From Cenarchaeum sp. (GTDB lineage: Archaea; Thermoproteota; Nitrososphaeria; Nitrososphaerales; Nitrosopumilaceae): a DNA stretch of 64,000 nucleotides. Each line of letters starts with the position of its first letter. Within the stretch, counting starts at the first letter, position 1. The stretch lies in the NCBI GenBank assembly GCA_965242695.1, contig CBDESU010000002.1, positions 1,344,001 to 1,408,000 of the forward strand, given 5' to 3'. Shown here in pieces: positions 19,417 to 29,600 of the stretch. Position numbers and translations under genes: made by a program. Under the pieces are notes generated by a model. The model had not been told where the DNA came from and did not search any database. It saw only the letters and a list, made by a program, of their open reading frames with translations.

Positions 19417-19899
19417 ATGGCGTACTCGAGGATCCTGCGCAGGCTGCGCGAGAAAAAGACCAACTACAACAAGCGTGGCCGCATGCTCATGGGGCGCAGG
19501 GACTTTGTGACGGTGCAGATCACCAACGAGAATACCCAGGTGCAGGTCCACAAGCCCGAGATGGCCGGCGACAGGGTCGTCGCATCCGCCCACTCGCGCT
19601 ACCTGCCCACGAAGGGCTGGAAGGGCTCGCGCAAGAGCGTGCCGGCGTCGTACCTGATCGGCTACCTTGCCGGCAAGAAGGCCGTCAAGAACGGCTCGAC
19701 GAGCGCCATACTGTACACGGGGACCAGGCGCTACACGGAGCGCATGTCGGCTGCCCTCAAGGGCGTCATTGACGCGGGCCTGGACGTGCCGGCCGGCCCC
19801 GACTCGTTTCCCGACGAGGGGCGCATCAACGGCGATCACTTGAAGGTCAAGAACGATGTGCAGGCGATAAAGTCGGCAATAGACGGTGAAGTCAATTGA
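19417..19899 (+). CDS. rpl18: 50S ribosomal protein L18 (uL18)
   Basis: RRLREKKTNYNKR, ASYLIG; precedes rps5. Confidence 0.95.
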   Translation: MAYSRILRRLREKKTNYNKRGRMLMGRRDFVTVQITNENTQVQVHKPEMAGDRVVASAHSRYLPTKGWKGSRKSVPASYLIGYLAGKKAVKNGSTSAILYTGTRRYTERMSAALKGVIDAGLDVPAGPDSFPDEGRINGDHLKVKNDVQAIKSAIDGEVN

Positions 19900-20657
19900 G
19901 CTACGGCCAGGGCCCGAGGGGGGGCGGCCCCGGCAGGGGTCCCGGCGGGCCGGGCGGGCCGGGCAGGGGTCCCGGCGGGCCGGGCAGGGGTCCCGGCGGG
20001 CCGGGCAGGGGCGGCCCGGGCAGGGGGCCGGGAGGCGACAGGCCGCGCCGCAGGCGCGAGCGCGACGAAAAGCCGTGGGTTCCAAAGACGTCGCTCGGCC
20101 GCGACGTCAGCTCGGGCAAGGTAAAGTCGCTCATCGAGATACTGGAGACGGGGCGGAGAATCAGCGAGGCCGGAATCATCAAAAAGCTCATACCCGACCT
20201 GAAGACCGAGGTCATCGACGTCGGGATCATCCAAAAGATGACGGCAAACGGGCAGTCTACCAGGTTCAAGGCGATAGTGGCGGCCGGCCACGAGGACGGC
20301 TACCTGGGCGTCGGACAGGGCAAGGCGCGCCAGATGAGGCTCGCCATTGAAAAGGCGACCAACCAGGCGCAGCTCAACGTCAGCCCGATCAAGCTCGGCT
20401 GCGGCAGCTGGGAGTGCAGGTGCGAGCAAAAGCACTCGGTCCCGTTCAAGGTGCGGGGCAAGGGCGGCAGCGTGGTGATCGAGATACTGCCGGCGCCGCG
20501 CGGCCTGGGCCTGGTGGCCGGCGGCAAGATAAGGCGCCTCCTCGAGATGGCCGGCCTCAAGGACGCGTACACGACGGCCAAGGGCTCTACGCCGACGATG
20601 AGCTCTACCTCAAAGGCCGTGCTGGAGTGCCTGCGGCAGACGTTCAGCCAGGGTTGA
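19896..20657 (+). CDS. rps5: 30S ribosomal protein S5 (uS5) with N-terminal GRGPGGP repeats
   Basis: WVPKTSLG, GCGSWEC, PAPRGLGLVAG; TTGA overlap with rpl18. Confidence 0.95.
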   Translation: MSYGQGPRGGGPGRGPGGPGGPGRGPGGPGRGPGGPGRGGPGRGPGGDRPRRRRERDEKPWVPKTSLGRDVSSGKVKSLIEILETGRRISEAGIIKKLIPDLKTEVIDVGIIQKMTANGQSTRFKAIVAAGHEDGYLGVGQGKARQMRLAIEKATNQAQLNVSPIKLGCGSWECRCEQKHSVPFKVRGKGGSVVIEILPAPRGLGLVAGGKIRRLLEMAGLKDAYTTAKGSTPTMSSTSKAVLECLRQTFSQG

Positions 20658-20662
20658 TTGGA

Positions 20663-21217
20663 ATGGATGGAAAGGAAACGGTCGATGGGAATGGAAGCGG
20701 CCCCAACGCCGCGGGCGGGGGCGAGGCCGGGGCGGGCAGAAATGCCGCCGCCGGCGCCTACCTGGTCGTCCGCATAAAGGGCCAGGCCGACGTGCCGCAC
20801 TGGGCGTCCACCACGCTGCGCCTGCTCCGCCTGGACAAAAAGTACCGGGCGACGATCGTGCCGGCGCGCGAGAACACGCTCGGCATGCTCAACAAGGTAA
20901 AGCACTACGTGTCCTGGCGCGAGGCCGACGCGGGAATCGCCCGCGAGCTCTTGGACAAGAGGGGCCGCGGGCCGGGCAGGGCGCCCCTGGACGAGGAGGG
21001 CCTGCGCGGGGCCGGATTCTCCGGGTCGGGCGACCTTGCCGAGGCGCTCGCCTCGGGCCGCACGTCGATGTCCTCGCACCCGTCCCTGCTAAAGCCGTGG
21101 TTTGCCCTCTCGCCGCCGCGGCACGGCTTTAGGCGCAGCACGAAGCGCATGTACGGGCAGCGCGGCATTCTCGGCCGCAACGAGGACCTCGGCGAGCTCG
21201 TGCGGAGGATGATCTAG
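20663..21217 (+). CDS. rpl30: 50S ribosomal protein L30 (uL30)
   Basis: YLVVRIKG, GMLNKVKHYVSW, FALSPPRHGF; ATG 20663. Confidence 0.93.
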   Translation: MDGKETVDGNGSGPNAAGGGEAGAGRNAAAGAYLVVRIKGQADVPHWASTTLRLLRLDKKYRATIVPARENTLGMLNKVKHYVSWREADAGIARELLDKRGRGPGRAPLDEEGLRGAGFSGSGDLAEALASGRTSMSSHPSLLKPWFALSPPRHGFRRSTKRMYGQRGILGRNEDLGELVRRMI

Positions 21218-21652
21218 ATGGCGACCCGGCTGCGCAAGACGCGCAGGCTGCGAGGCTCGCGCACGCACGGCTGGGGGCAGGTCGCGCAGCACCGCGCTAG
21301 CGGCCACAAGGGCGGCCTGGGCGTCTCGGGCCAGCTAAAGCACCACTTTAGCGGCATGCTCAAGAACGACCCCGACCACTTTGGCCACGACTCGACGCAC
21401 ACGCCTCGGGCGGTCGTCACGCGCAAGTGGGCGAGCGTGCGCGACCTGGACGACCTGTACGCGGCGATCGGCTCGGAGGGGCCCGGCGGAGAGAGGATCG
21501 TCGACCTCGGCGCGCACGGCTACGACAAGCTGCTCGGAGGGGGCGGCGTCTCGACGGCGTACACCGTACGCATTGCAAGGTTCACGGCACCCGCGGAGGC
21601 CAAGGTCAAGGAGGCGGGCGGCAGGATAACGGCGGCGGTGGCGGATGGCTGA
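21218..21652 (+). CDS. rpl15: 50S ribosomal protein L15 (uL15)
   Basis: RGSRTHGWG, GYDKLLGGG, KVKEAGG. Confidence 0.95.
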   Translation: MATRLRKTRRLRGSRTHGWGQVAQHRASGHKGGLGVSGQLKHHFSGMLKNDPDHFGHDSTHTPRAVVTRKWASVRDLDDLYAAIGSEGPGGERIVDLGAHGYDKLLGGGGVSTAYTVRIARFTAPAEAKVKEAGGRITAAVADG

Positions 21653-23081
21653 GGGCTCGGCCACCGCGTTCATACGCAAGATGGTAGTCGTCGCCGAGCC
21701 GTACCTCCCGCAGGTCCCAAAGCCCAAGAAGAAGCTGTCGCTGCAGACTCGCCTGCTGTGGTGCGGCCTGGCCCTGCTCATCTACATGGTGATGGCGCAG
21801 ACGCCGCTGTTCGGCGCGACCCTCCCAGAGTTCGACTTTCTGGCGTTCGCCCGCGTCATATTCGCATCCCAGCAGGGAACGCTCGTCGAGCTCGGGATCG
21901 GGCCCATCGTCACGGCCGGCCTGCTCATGCAGCTCCTCCGCGGCTCGGAGATTCTAAAGTTCGACTTCAAGAAGCCCGAGGAGCGCGGCGTGTTCCAGAC
22001 CGCGACAAAGATCGTCACGTACGTCGTCATCATCGCCGAGTCGTCCGTGTACGGCGTGGCCGTGTACGGGCCCAACGTGACCGACCCCGGCGTGCTGTAC
22101 ATACTGATCGGCCAGATGATGGCCGCGTCGGTGATCATCATGTTCCTCGACGAGCTCATACAGAAGGGGTGGGGCATCGGCAGCGGGATCAGCCTGTTCA
22201 TCATGGCCGGCGTCGCGCAGCAGATACTGTGGAGCCTGTTCAGCCCGATGCCGGCAGGCGACGGGTTCACCGTCGGCATATTCCCGTTCATCGGGCAGTG
22301 GCTAGCCGGCGGGGTCGGCCCGTTCACCGACGTGTTCTTCAGGTACAACCAGCTGCCGAGCATATTCGGGCTGCTGCTCACCGGCGGCGTGCTGCTCATA
22401 CTCGTCTACGTCCAGGGCATGAAGGTCGAGATACCCATAGTCTCGACAAAGTACCGCGGCTTCTCGGCGACGTACCCGATAAAGCTCATGTACGTCTCGA
22501 ACATCCCCGTCATCCTCGCCTCGGCCCTCACCGCAAACGCCATCTTCATCGGCCAGATGATGTGGTCCAACGTCAACCCCCGCAACGACCACATGTTCTT
22601 CAACCTGCTCGGCCAGTTCGACCCGCTCAACCCCGCCAACCCGATCGGAGGCCTCGTCTACTACATGACGCCGCCCCGCGGCCTCGACATCGTCGCGCTC
22701 GACCCCTTCCGCGCCGTCGGCTACGTCATATTCATGGTCGCCATCGTGGTCGTGTTCGGGCGCCTCTGGGTCGAGCTCGGCGGCCTCTCGCCAAAGAGCG
22801 CCGCCAAGAACCTGCTCGACGCCGACGTGCAGGTGCCCGGGTTTAGGCGGTCCAACCAGCCGATCGAGGCGCTGCTCAACCGCTACATCCCGTCCGTCAC
22901 GATACTCGGCTCGGTCATACTCGGCGTGCTCGCCGGCGTCTCGGACGTGCTCGGCGTGTTCGGCAGCGGGATCGGCATACTGCTCATGGTCGACATCCTC
23001 ATAAACTACTACAACCAGCTCGTGCGCGAGCAGGTCGAGGTGGTCATGCCGAGGCTGGGTGCTCTGCTTGGCAGAAAGTAG
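21645..23081 (+). CDS. secY: Preprotein translocase SecY
   Basis: ELGIGPIVTAG, GIGSGISLFI, YVSNIPVIL, VPGFR; multiple TM segments. Confidence 0.97.
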   Translation: MAEGSATAFIRKMVVVAEPYLPQVPKPKKKLSLQTRLLWCGLALLIYMVMAQTPLFGATLPEFDFLAFARVIFASQQGTLVELGIGPIVTAGLLMQLLRGSEILKFDFKKPEERGVFQTATKIVTYVVIIAESSVYGVAVYGPNVTDPGVLYILIGQMMAASVIIMFLDELIQKGWGIGSGISLFIMAGVAQQILWSLFSPMPAGDGFTVGIFPFIGQWLAGGVGPFTDVFFRYNQLPSIFGLLLTGGVLLILVYVQGMKVEIPIVSTKYRGFSATYPIKLMYVSNIPVILASALTANAIFIGQMMWSNVNPRNDHMFFNLLGQFDPLNPANPIGGLVYYMTPPRGLDIVALDPFRAVGYVIFMVAIVVVFGRLWVELGGLSPKSAAKNLLDADVQVPGFRRSNQPIEALLNRYIPSVTILGSVILGVLAGVSDVLGVFGSGIGILLMVDILINYYNQLVREQVEVVMPRLGALLGRK

Positions 23082-23682
23082 CGGGGCCGGCGGAGGGGGC
23101 GGCGGCGCCGGCAGCCGCCGCATCGTCATCGCCGGCATACCCGGCGTCGGCAAGACGACGCTCGTCACGCGGGTAGTAGAGGTCCTGCGCGGGCGCGGCC
23201 GGACGGTCAGGGTCGTCAGCTTTGGCACCGCGATGCTAGAGGAGGCGCGCAAGAGGGGGATCGCCGACCGCGACATGCTGCGCAAGCTGCCGCTCGCCGA
23301 GCAGCGGGGGCTGCAGACGACGGCCGCGTCTGCCATCGCGTCCATGTCCGAGGAGTTTGTCATCGTCGACACGCACGCGTTCATCAAGACGCCGTCGGGG
23401 TACTATCCGGGCCTCCCCTCGCACGTCATCGAGGCGCTGAGCCCGTCGAACCTGATATCGGTCCACGCGCGGCCCGAGGACATCTACAACCGCCGCGTGA
23501 GCGACGAGACGCGCAACCGCGACCACGTCTCGATAGACGACATCAAGAACGAGCTTGCGTTCCACCAGTCGATGATCTCGGCGTGCTCGGTCATATCGGG
23601 ATCGCCCGTCCAGGCCGTCCTCAACTCGCACGGCGAGGTCGACGCGGCGGCCGAGACGGTCATACGGGCCGTGGGGCTCTAG
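23068..23682 (+). CDS. adk: Archaeal adenylate kinase
   Basis: GIPGVGKTT, DRDMLRKL, VDTH, GYYPGLP; TTG 23068 preferred (GTG 23059 possible). Confidence 0.92.
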   Translation: MAESSGAGGGGGGAGSRRIVIAGIPGVGKTTLVTRVVEVLRGRGRTVRVVSFGTAMLEEARKRGIADRDMLRKLPLAEQRGLQTTAASAIASMSEEFVIVDTHAFIKTPSGYYPGLPSHVIEALSPSNLISVHARPEDIYNRRVSDETRNRDHVSIDDIKNELAFHQSMISACSVISGSPVQAVLNSHGEVDAAAETVIRAVGL

Positions 23683-23711
23683 GGGGTGCGCGGGGGTTGG
23701 CCGTAGAGCAT

Positions 23712-24329
23712 ATGGTGCTGCTCTTCATCGAGTCGCTGTTCCTCCAGGGCGACTTCTTCGGGCTCGGCGGCGAGGCCGGGGCCCTCGGCAGCGACGACCC
23801 GATGATCAAGGGGGTGGTCGCGACGCTGTTCGCGGTCGCCGGCCTCGGCGCCGTCCTCAACCTGTTCAACGCGGCCATACGCAAGAAGATGATCGACATG
23901 GTAAAGTACAAGCGCATCATGAAGGAGACGAGGGCGTTCCAGAAGGAGAGGATGGCCGCCATTCGGGCAAAGGACACGGCGAGGCAGGCCGAGCTGAACA
24001 AAAAGTCGTCGTACATGAACAAGATGAGCATGGAGATGATGCAGATGAACATGAGGCCGATGATGATCACGTTCGTCCCGCTCATACTCATATTCTACTT
24101 TGTGCTGCCGCAGCTGTTCGCGTACACGGTCGCGCTCTCGCCGATACCGCTCAACGTCATACCGGGCGACTTTTTCCAACTGACGTGCACGGCCGAGCAG
24201 GCGGCCGACCCCGAGCACGTCTGCCAGGCCGAGAACGCGCTGTACCTGTGGGCGTGGTACTTTTTGTCGTCGATCGCGTTCAGCGGCGTCATCATGAAGG
24301 TCACGAAGACGACGATGGACTTTTCGTGA
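23712..24329 (+). CDS. DUF106/EMC3-TMCO1 (Oxa1 superfamily) membrane protein
   Basis: TM - coiled coil - MRPMMITFVP - WYFLSS pattern; located between adk and cmk. Start could be TTG 23697. Confidence 0.85.
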   Translation: MVLLFIESLFLQGDFFGLGGEAGALGSDDPMIKGVVATLFAVAGLGAVLNLFNAAIRKKMIDMVKYKRIMKETRAFQKERMAAIRAKDTARQAELNKKSSYMNKMSMEMMQMNMRPMMITFVPLILIFYFVLPQLFAYTVALSPIPLNVIPGDFFQLTCTAEQAADPEHVCQAENALYLWAWYFLSSIAFSGVIMKVTKTTMDFS

Positions 24330-24330
24330 G

Positions 24331-24930
24331 GTGTCTGGCGTGGCGGCGGCAGGGGCAGGCGGGCCGGCAAGGTCGGTAGTCGTGTCGGGCCCCCCTGCGG
24401 TCGGCAAGACGACAGTCGCGAGGGCCCTTGCCGGCGAGTTCGGCATGCGGTTCGCCGGCGGCGGCGACGCCCTCAAGGAGATCGCCCGCGAGGCGGGCCA
24501 CGAGCCGGGCGGCGACGACTGGTGGGACACGCCCGAGGGCATGGCGTTCCTCTCGCAGAGGGCCGCCGACGGCAGCTTTGACCGCCGCGTCGACGAGGAG
24601 CTGTCCAGGATGTTCGCCGGCGGCGGCATCGTCGTCACAAGCTATACGCTGCCGTGGATCGTCGAGCGCTCGGTCGGGGTGAGGGTGTGGCTCGACGCCT
24701 CTAGCGAGACGAGCGCGCGCCGCATGCAGGGGCGCGACGGGATCGGGGCCGGCGATGCGGCCGAGATATCGCGCCGCCGCTACGAGGAGAACGGCGCCCT
24801 GTACAGGAGGCTGTACGGGTTCGAGTTCGGGCGCGACGAGGGCGTATTCGACGTCATAATCGACACCGACGCGATGGACGCCGGGCAGGTCATACTAGAG
24901 GCCAAGCGGCGGGTCGGTGGGCTCCTCTGA
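24331..24930 (+). CDS. cmk: Archaeal cytidylate kinase
   Basis: SGPPAVGKTT, FDRRVD, YRRLYG, FDVIIDT. Confidence 0.88.
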   Translation: MSGVAAAGAGGPARSVVVSGPPAVGKTTVARALAGEFGMRFAGGGDALKEIAREAGHEPGGDDWWDTPEGMAFLSQRAADGSFDRRVDEELSRMFAGGGIVVTSYTLPWIVERSVGVRVWLDASSETSARRMQGRDGIGAGDAAEISRRRYEENGALYRRLYGFEFGRDEGVFDVIIDTDAMDAGQVILEAKRRVGGLL

Positions 24931-26042
24931 CCGGCGGGACGGCGGCGGCGCCGGCGGCGGCGCTGCCCCAGCTCGAGGACATGCGCGTGCTCGACGAGGA
25001 TCGGACGGATCCCGCGCACGGCGTGCGGTACGATGCCAGGACAGTCGAGCAGCTCTTGGAGTACGGCATCATACTGCTCGACAAGCCGCCGGGCCCGACT
25101 AGCCACGAGGCCGTCGCCTGGGCAAAGAGGCTGCTCGGCGTGGAAAAGGCGGGGCACAGCGGCACGCTCGACCCACCCGTGTCCGGCGTGCTGCCCCTGG
25201 GCCTGGGCGAGGCGACAAAGGCCCTCGGCGTCCTGCTGCTCGGCGCCAAGGAGTACTGCGCGCTTGCACGATTCCACTCGCTGCCGTCCGGCGAGCGCCT
25301 GGAAGAGGTGGCAGCAATGTTCCGCGGCGAGATATACCAGAGGCCGCCGCAGCGCTCGTCGGTGCTGAGGCAGACGCGCACCCGGACGATACACGCGCTC
25401 GACATACTCGAGCGCCGCGAGAGGCTCGCGCTCATGCGCGTCTCGTGCGAGGCCGGCACGTACGTGCGCAAGCTCATCTACGACATGGGCGAGATGCTCG
25501 GCCCCGGCGCGTCGATGATCGAGCTGCGGCGCACGCGGGTGGGCCACTTTGGCGAGGACGACGGGCTAGTCACGATGCACGAGCTGGCCGAGGCGTGCGC
25601 CGTGTGGCGCGACGGCGGCGACCCGTCGCGGCTCATGCGCATAGTGCGGCCCGTCGAGGTGGCGCTCTCGGGGATAAAGGCCGTGGTCGTGCGCGACTCG
25701 GCCGTGAGCGCGCTGTGCCACGGCGCGCAGCTTGCCATACCCGGCATACTGCGCGTCTCGCACGGCCTCGACAAGGGCGAGATGGTCGGCGTGTACACGC
25801 AAAAGGGCGAGGCCGTCGCGCTGGCCGAGGCCACGATGGACGAGGACGGCATAACGGACAACGCAAAGGGCCACGCGTTCGAGACGCGGCGCATCATCAT
25901 GGCTCCCGATGCGTACCCCAAGGGGTGGCGGACGAAGAAGGACGCCGAGGCGGCTGCCGCCGCAAGGGCGGGAACTGGCGGCGGCGGGAAAGGCGGCGAC
26001 AGCGGGGAGCGGCCGCAGGATCCGCCGGCGGCGGCGCCTTGA
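24927..26042 (+). CDS. cbf5: H/ACA pseudouridine synthase Cbf5; possible CTG start overlapping the cmk stop (first ATG 24981)
   Basis: LDKPPGPTSH, GHSGTLDP, QRPP, CEAGTYVR, PUA domain. Confidence 0.92.
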   Translation: MTGGTAAAPAAALPQLEDMRVLDEDRTDPAHGVRYDARTVEQLLEYGIILLDKPPGPTSHEAVAWAKRLLGVEKAGHSGTLDPPVSGVLPLGLGEATKALGVLLLGAKEYCALARFHSLPSGERLEEVAAMFRGEIYQRPPQRSSVLRQTRTRTIHALDILERRERLALMRVSCEAGTYVRKLIYDMGEMLGPGASMIELRRTRVGHFGEDDGLVTMHELAEACAVWRDGGDPSRLMRIVRPVEVALSGIKAVVVRDSAVSALCHGAQLAIPGILRVSHGLDKGEMVGVYTQKGEAVALAEATMDEDGITDNAKGHAFETRRIIMAPDAYPKGWRTKKDAEAAAAARAGTGGGGKGGDSGERPQDPPAAAP

Positions 26043-26530
26043 TCCCGCGCGGCCTGGTTGTGGCGGTCTGCATCGGGGTGGTCGCCGGCGCCGCGTCCGG
26101 CGCCGCGCTGTACGGCAAGGGGGCCGCCGTTCCGGGCGCGCCGCTGTCGTACGTCGACGGCCCGTCCCTCTCGGTCGACGTCGAGAAGGCCGACTACAGG
26201 ACGGGCGATGCCGTGCGCATCCGCGTCGTCAATACGGGCACTGTCCCGCTAGAATTTGCCGGCGACACGTACTACGGGGTGCGCATAACGCAGCTTGACG
26301 GGATCGAGGTGTACGCGCCGAGGTCGGACTCGGACAATGTAGCCGTGGGGCCTGTCGTGCTCGGTCCCGGAGAAGAGGGCGTTCTTGTGTGGCACCAGAC
26401 AAAAAACGACGGGAGTGCGGCCCTTCACGGCACGTACAGGGTGTCGTCAAGCGCGGTGGCCGCGGCCGAGGCTGGATACAACGAAGTCATGCGTCTTGAT
26501 GCATCCGTTGCAATCAACATATTCAAGTAG
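26039..26530 (+). CDS. Membrane-anchored hypothetical protein (Ig-like, possibly BsuPI-like)
   Basis: TTGA overlap with cbf5; N-terminal TM; Y..GD.V.I.V.NTG...L.PGE...W.Q...G.Y pattern. Confidence 0.65.
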   Translation: MIPRGLVVAVCIGVVAGAASGAALYGKGAAVPGAPLSYVDGPSLSVDVEKADYRTGDAVRIRVVNTGTVPLEFAGDTYYGVRITQLDGIEVYAPRSDSDNVAVGPVVLGPGEEGVLVWHQTKNDGSAALHGTYRVSSSAVAAAEAGYNEVMRLDASVAINIFK

Positions 26531-26663
26531 CCGTTTTGCATGACGCTGTTGTGTCTTGTCCTGCACTGTAGGTGTCGTGCGTGAGGCATGATCGACACTC
26601 CTATCCGTGACAACGGCCGTTGTTTTTAGATACCTTTATAATAGGCCCTGTGGCCTGCGCGCC

Positions 26664-29600
26664 GTGCAAGATAGTGAGGAACCATGGGCAGTCCTTCAAA
26701 AGCTGGAGGGCGAGCTGCGCCGTGTTATAGTCGAACGCCTGTCGACCGTGGCGGCTGACTGGGAGGAGCGGATACCGGATGCCGTAAGGTCTAAGGTGCA
26801 AAAACGCCAGAGCCGTGCCATAGAAAAAGGTGAAGAGGGGAAGCAGATTTTGGAGTATGCAGACTTTTCTGACTATCACGAGATACTTTTTTTCACAAAC
26901 AACTGGGACGACGCATTCGGTACTATATTCGGTGACAAGGAAAAAACTAGGCTAAGGCTTGTTGAACTAAACCGGATACGGAACGCCATTGCGCATCGTC
27001 GTGATATCGATGACGACGATCGCGACATATTCCTACTTTATAGCAGGTTGGTGATGAGCTCGATACGCAAGTACATGCCCGACCGCGAGATCATCGCAGG
27101 TAACTTGAAGAGGTATAGCGAATCGTGTGCCGTTGCGTATGAGGGCGCAGTGATTGCGGCGTACAAGGCACCTTATCAGGACCAAATAGCCCAGTTCGCG
27201 CATTCCCTGAGAGAGGCCATCGACCTCTTGGCCCGCTCTGCACAGGAAGAGTCCGATCGGAAAAAACCCCTCGGCCGATCCAAGAGGGAAGCCCTGCTGC
27301 AAAATGCTGTGGGGTCCTCGGACTTTCGCATGGGTATTGATCATGAAGTGTTTGCGTTCTTGGCCGATGAATACGACCGGTTGAGCAAAATAGCACATCA
27401 TAGGGAGAAAATAACCCTGAACGACGTACAGGTACTGCTCTCGCGGGTCGAGAATGCACTTTTCACATTGACAAGCCCGCAGACTTCCATTGACCACGAG
27501 ATTGACGATTTGATCCGCAGGGGGCCGTCCCGTGACGGGGCTAACCGCATAACGGGGATGCTGACACGGCGATCTACGCGTGCATACCTGATTAAATCGC
27601 TGCCTGCATCATGGCTCCCGCACCTCGTCGATGCCGGCGCCTTTGGCAAGACGACCGATGTGCGAGACCATGCGATGCCGTTCCGCACCGACATCTTTCT
27701 GTCGGGATACCTTGTCAAATGCGTTGAAGACAACCCGGATATGGTGGCAGACATAATCGAGTCGTTCGACACCGACAAACGAGAGATGGATCCCACGGCA
27801 TGCCTGCATTTCTTAGAGTGCGCGACCCGCCTACCATACAGCAGGGCTGTGACCGTCGCGACTAAGACGGCACGGGAAGGATGGGGACGCCTTGTCAGGC
27901 ACCGCCAAATCCTGCCTGTGTATTCCCGGCTAATCGCGCGTCTCTACGGGGACGCCGAGTACGACTTGGCCAACAACCTTGCATATGATGCGCTCAAGGC
28001 GACCATTGAGGGCGGAGGCTTGGAGACTTCGCTACAGATCACGCCCTTGGAGCCAGGCGAGTTCGATTACGCGGTCGAGACTATACTGGCAGAAATGGTA
28101 AGCAAGAGCCCGGAAGAGGCGGCGGCCGTACTTATCAGCCTGCTAGACTCCTATGTAAAGCACGAGAAGGGATTGCCCATTCCACTACTCAGCCGACAGG
28201 TCTCATCGATCGAGGATTCTAACCAGAATGTGATGGGCGGACCGCTGCTCCCAATTGTCCGGCAGGCGAGGGATGCACTGCAACGCTTGGGTGACGAAGA
28301 TGGTAACAGGCTGAGGAACTTCATGCCAAAGTTGTACGCGAAGAGCGGCACGTTGTACCGCCGGATCGAGCTTCACATCTATCGGCAGTTTCCAGGCCTG
28401 TTTGAGTCGGAGGCGATTGCGTCTTTGAACATATACTGCGGTGTCGACGATGCACATCACGAATACTATAAGCTTCTTGCGGCCGTATTTCCACGCTTGG
28501 GAGAATCCGACAGGAAGTCGCTGTACAGGATCATTGACGAAGGTTGCCAAGGCGCAGGGAGCGGCAGCGAGGCGTCGGCGCGGGTAAAAAAACTGCGCCT
28601 ATTGTCCGCGATAAAGGGCCACATGGACAATGCGCATGCGGCCGAATACGAACGCCTGTCTCGAGAGACCCCTGACATGGATCATCCGGACTACTTGACG
28701 TATTGCTCTGTGGACATCGACCCGTCTCGCAGAGCCCCCGTCACGCTAAGAGGCCTAGACGTCGACAGCGTAATCAAGGCAGTTTGCAACACGCAAAACA
28801 ATGACCCGCTGCGCATGTTTGAGGATTCTATGGCCGACGAGTTTGAAGACATCGTCGCAACGAATCCAGATGTCTATGGGCTACGGGCAATGGACCTGGC
28901 GGGAGCTAGGCCTGCCGTACAGTGCGCACTTTTTGCGGGTCTAGAGCAGTCTGTGAAAAAAAGTGATGCGGGAACCGCACCTGCGGCGCTAGATCTCGCA
29001 TCGCACTTGCTGAGCAAGGACGTGGGATGTCCCGATACCCGCCCCGTGTACGGACAGTGGAATGTCCCGTTGCGGATAGGCTGGTACCTCAACTCGTTGC
29101 TAGTGAACGGCGCGATTGGACTAGATCACAGGAATGCGGCATGGCGCATTGTCGACGCACTCGTCAATGCGGGCTCAATCAGGGCTCCGTACGAGTGCAC
29201 TCCAGGCGAGGCCCTTCCTGGGATGGATGCCCTGAACACCGTCGGCGGCATCTCCTTCGTTCTGCTGTTTCGCTACGCAATATGGTCCAGGCCGAACGGC
29301 ACCGATGCGCGCCGGCTTGCCCCCGAAGTCCGCTTTGCAATCGAGGCGTATATGGGGGAGGGAAATGCGCATACGACCTGCAGGCATTCAGTCTTGGGCG
29401 TATTTTTCTCCGCGTCTGACTACCTTGCACCCGGCTGGCTTGGCGATTTGATCTCAAAGGCCGCGTCAAGCGAAGATGTGAAAGTTGCCTTTTGGACGTC
29501 ATACGTGGCACACAATGGGGTCGCCCCGGAGTCGTTCAAGTCGCTGCTACGGCTTTACGGCGAATTCCTTTGCGGGCCCCTACTGACCTCTCCGCCACGC

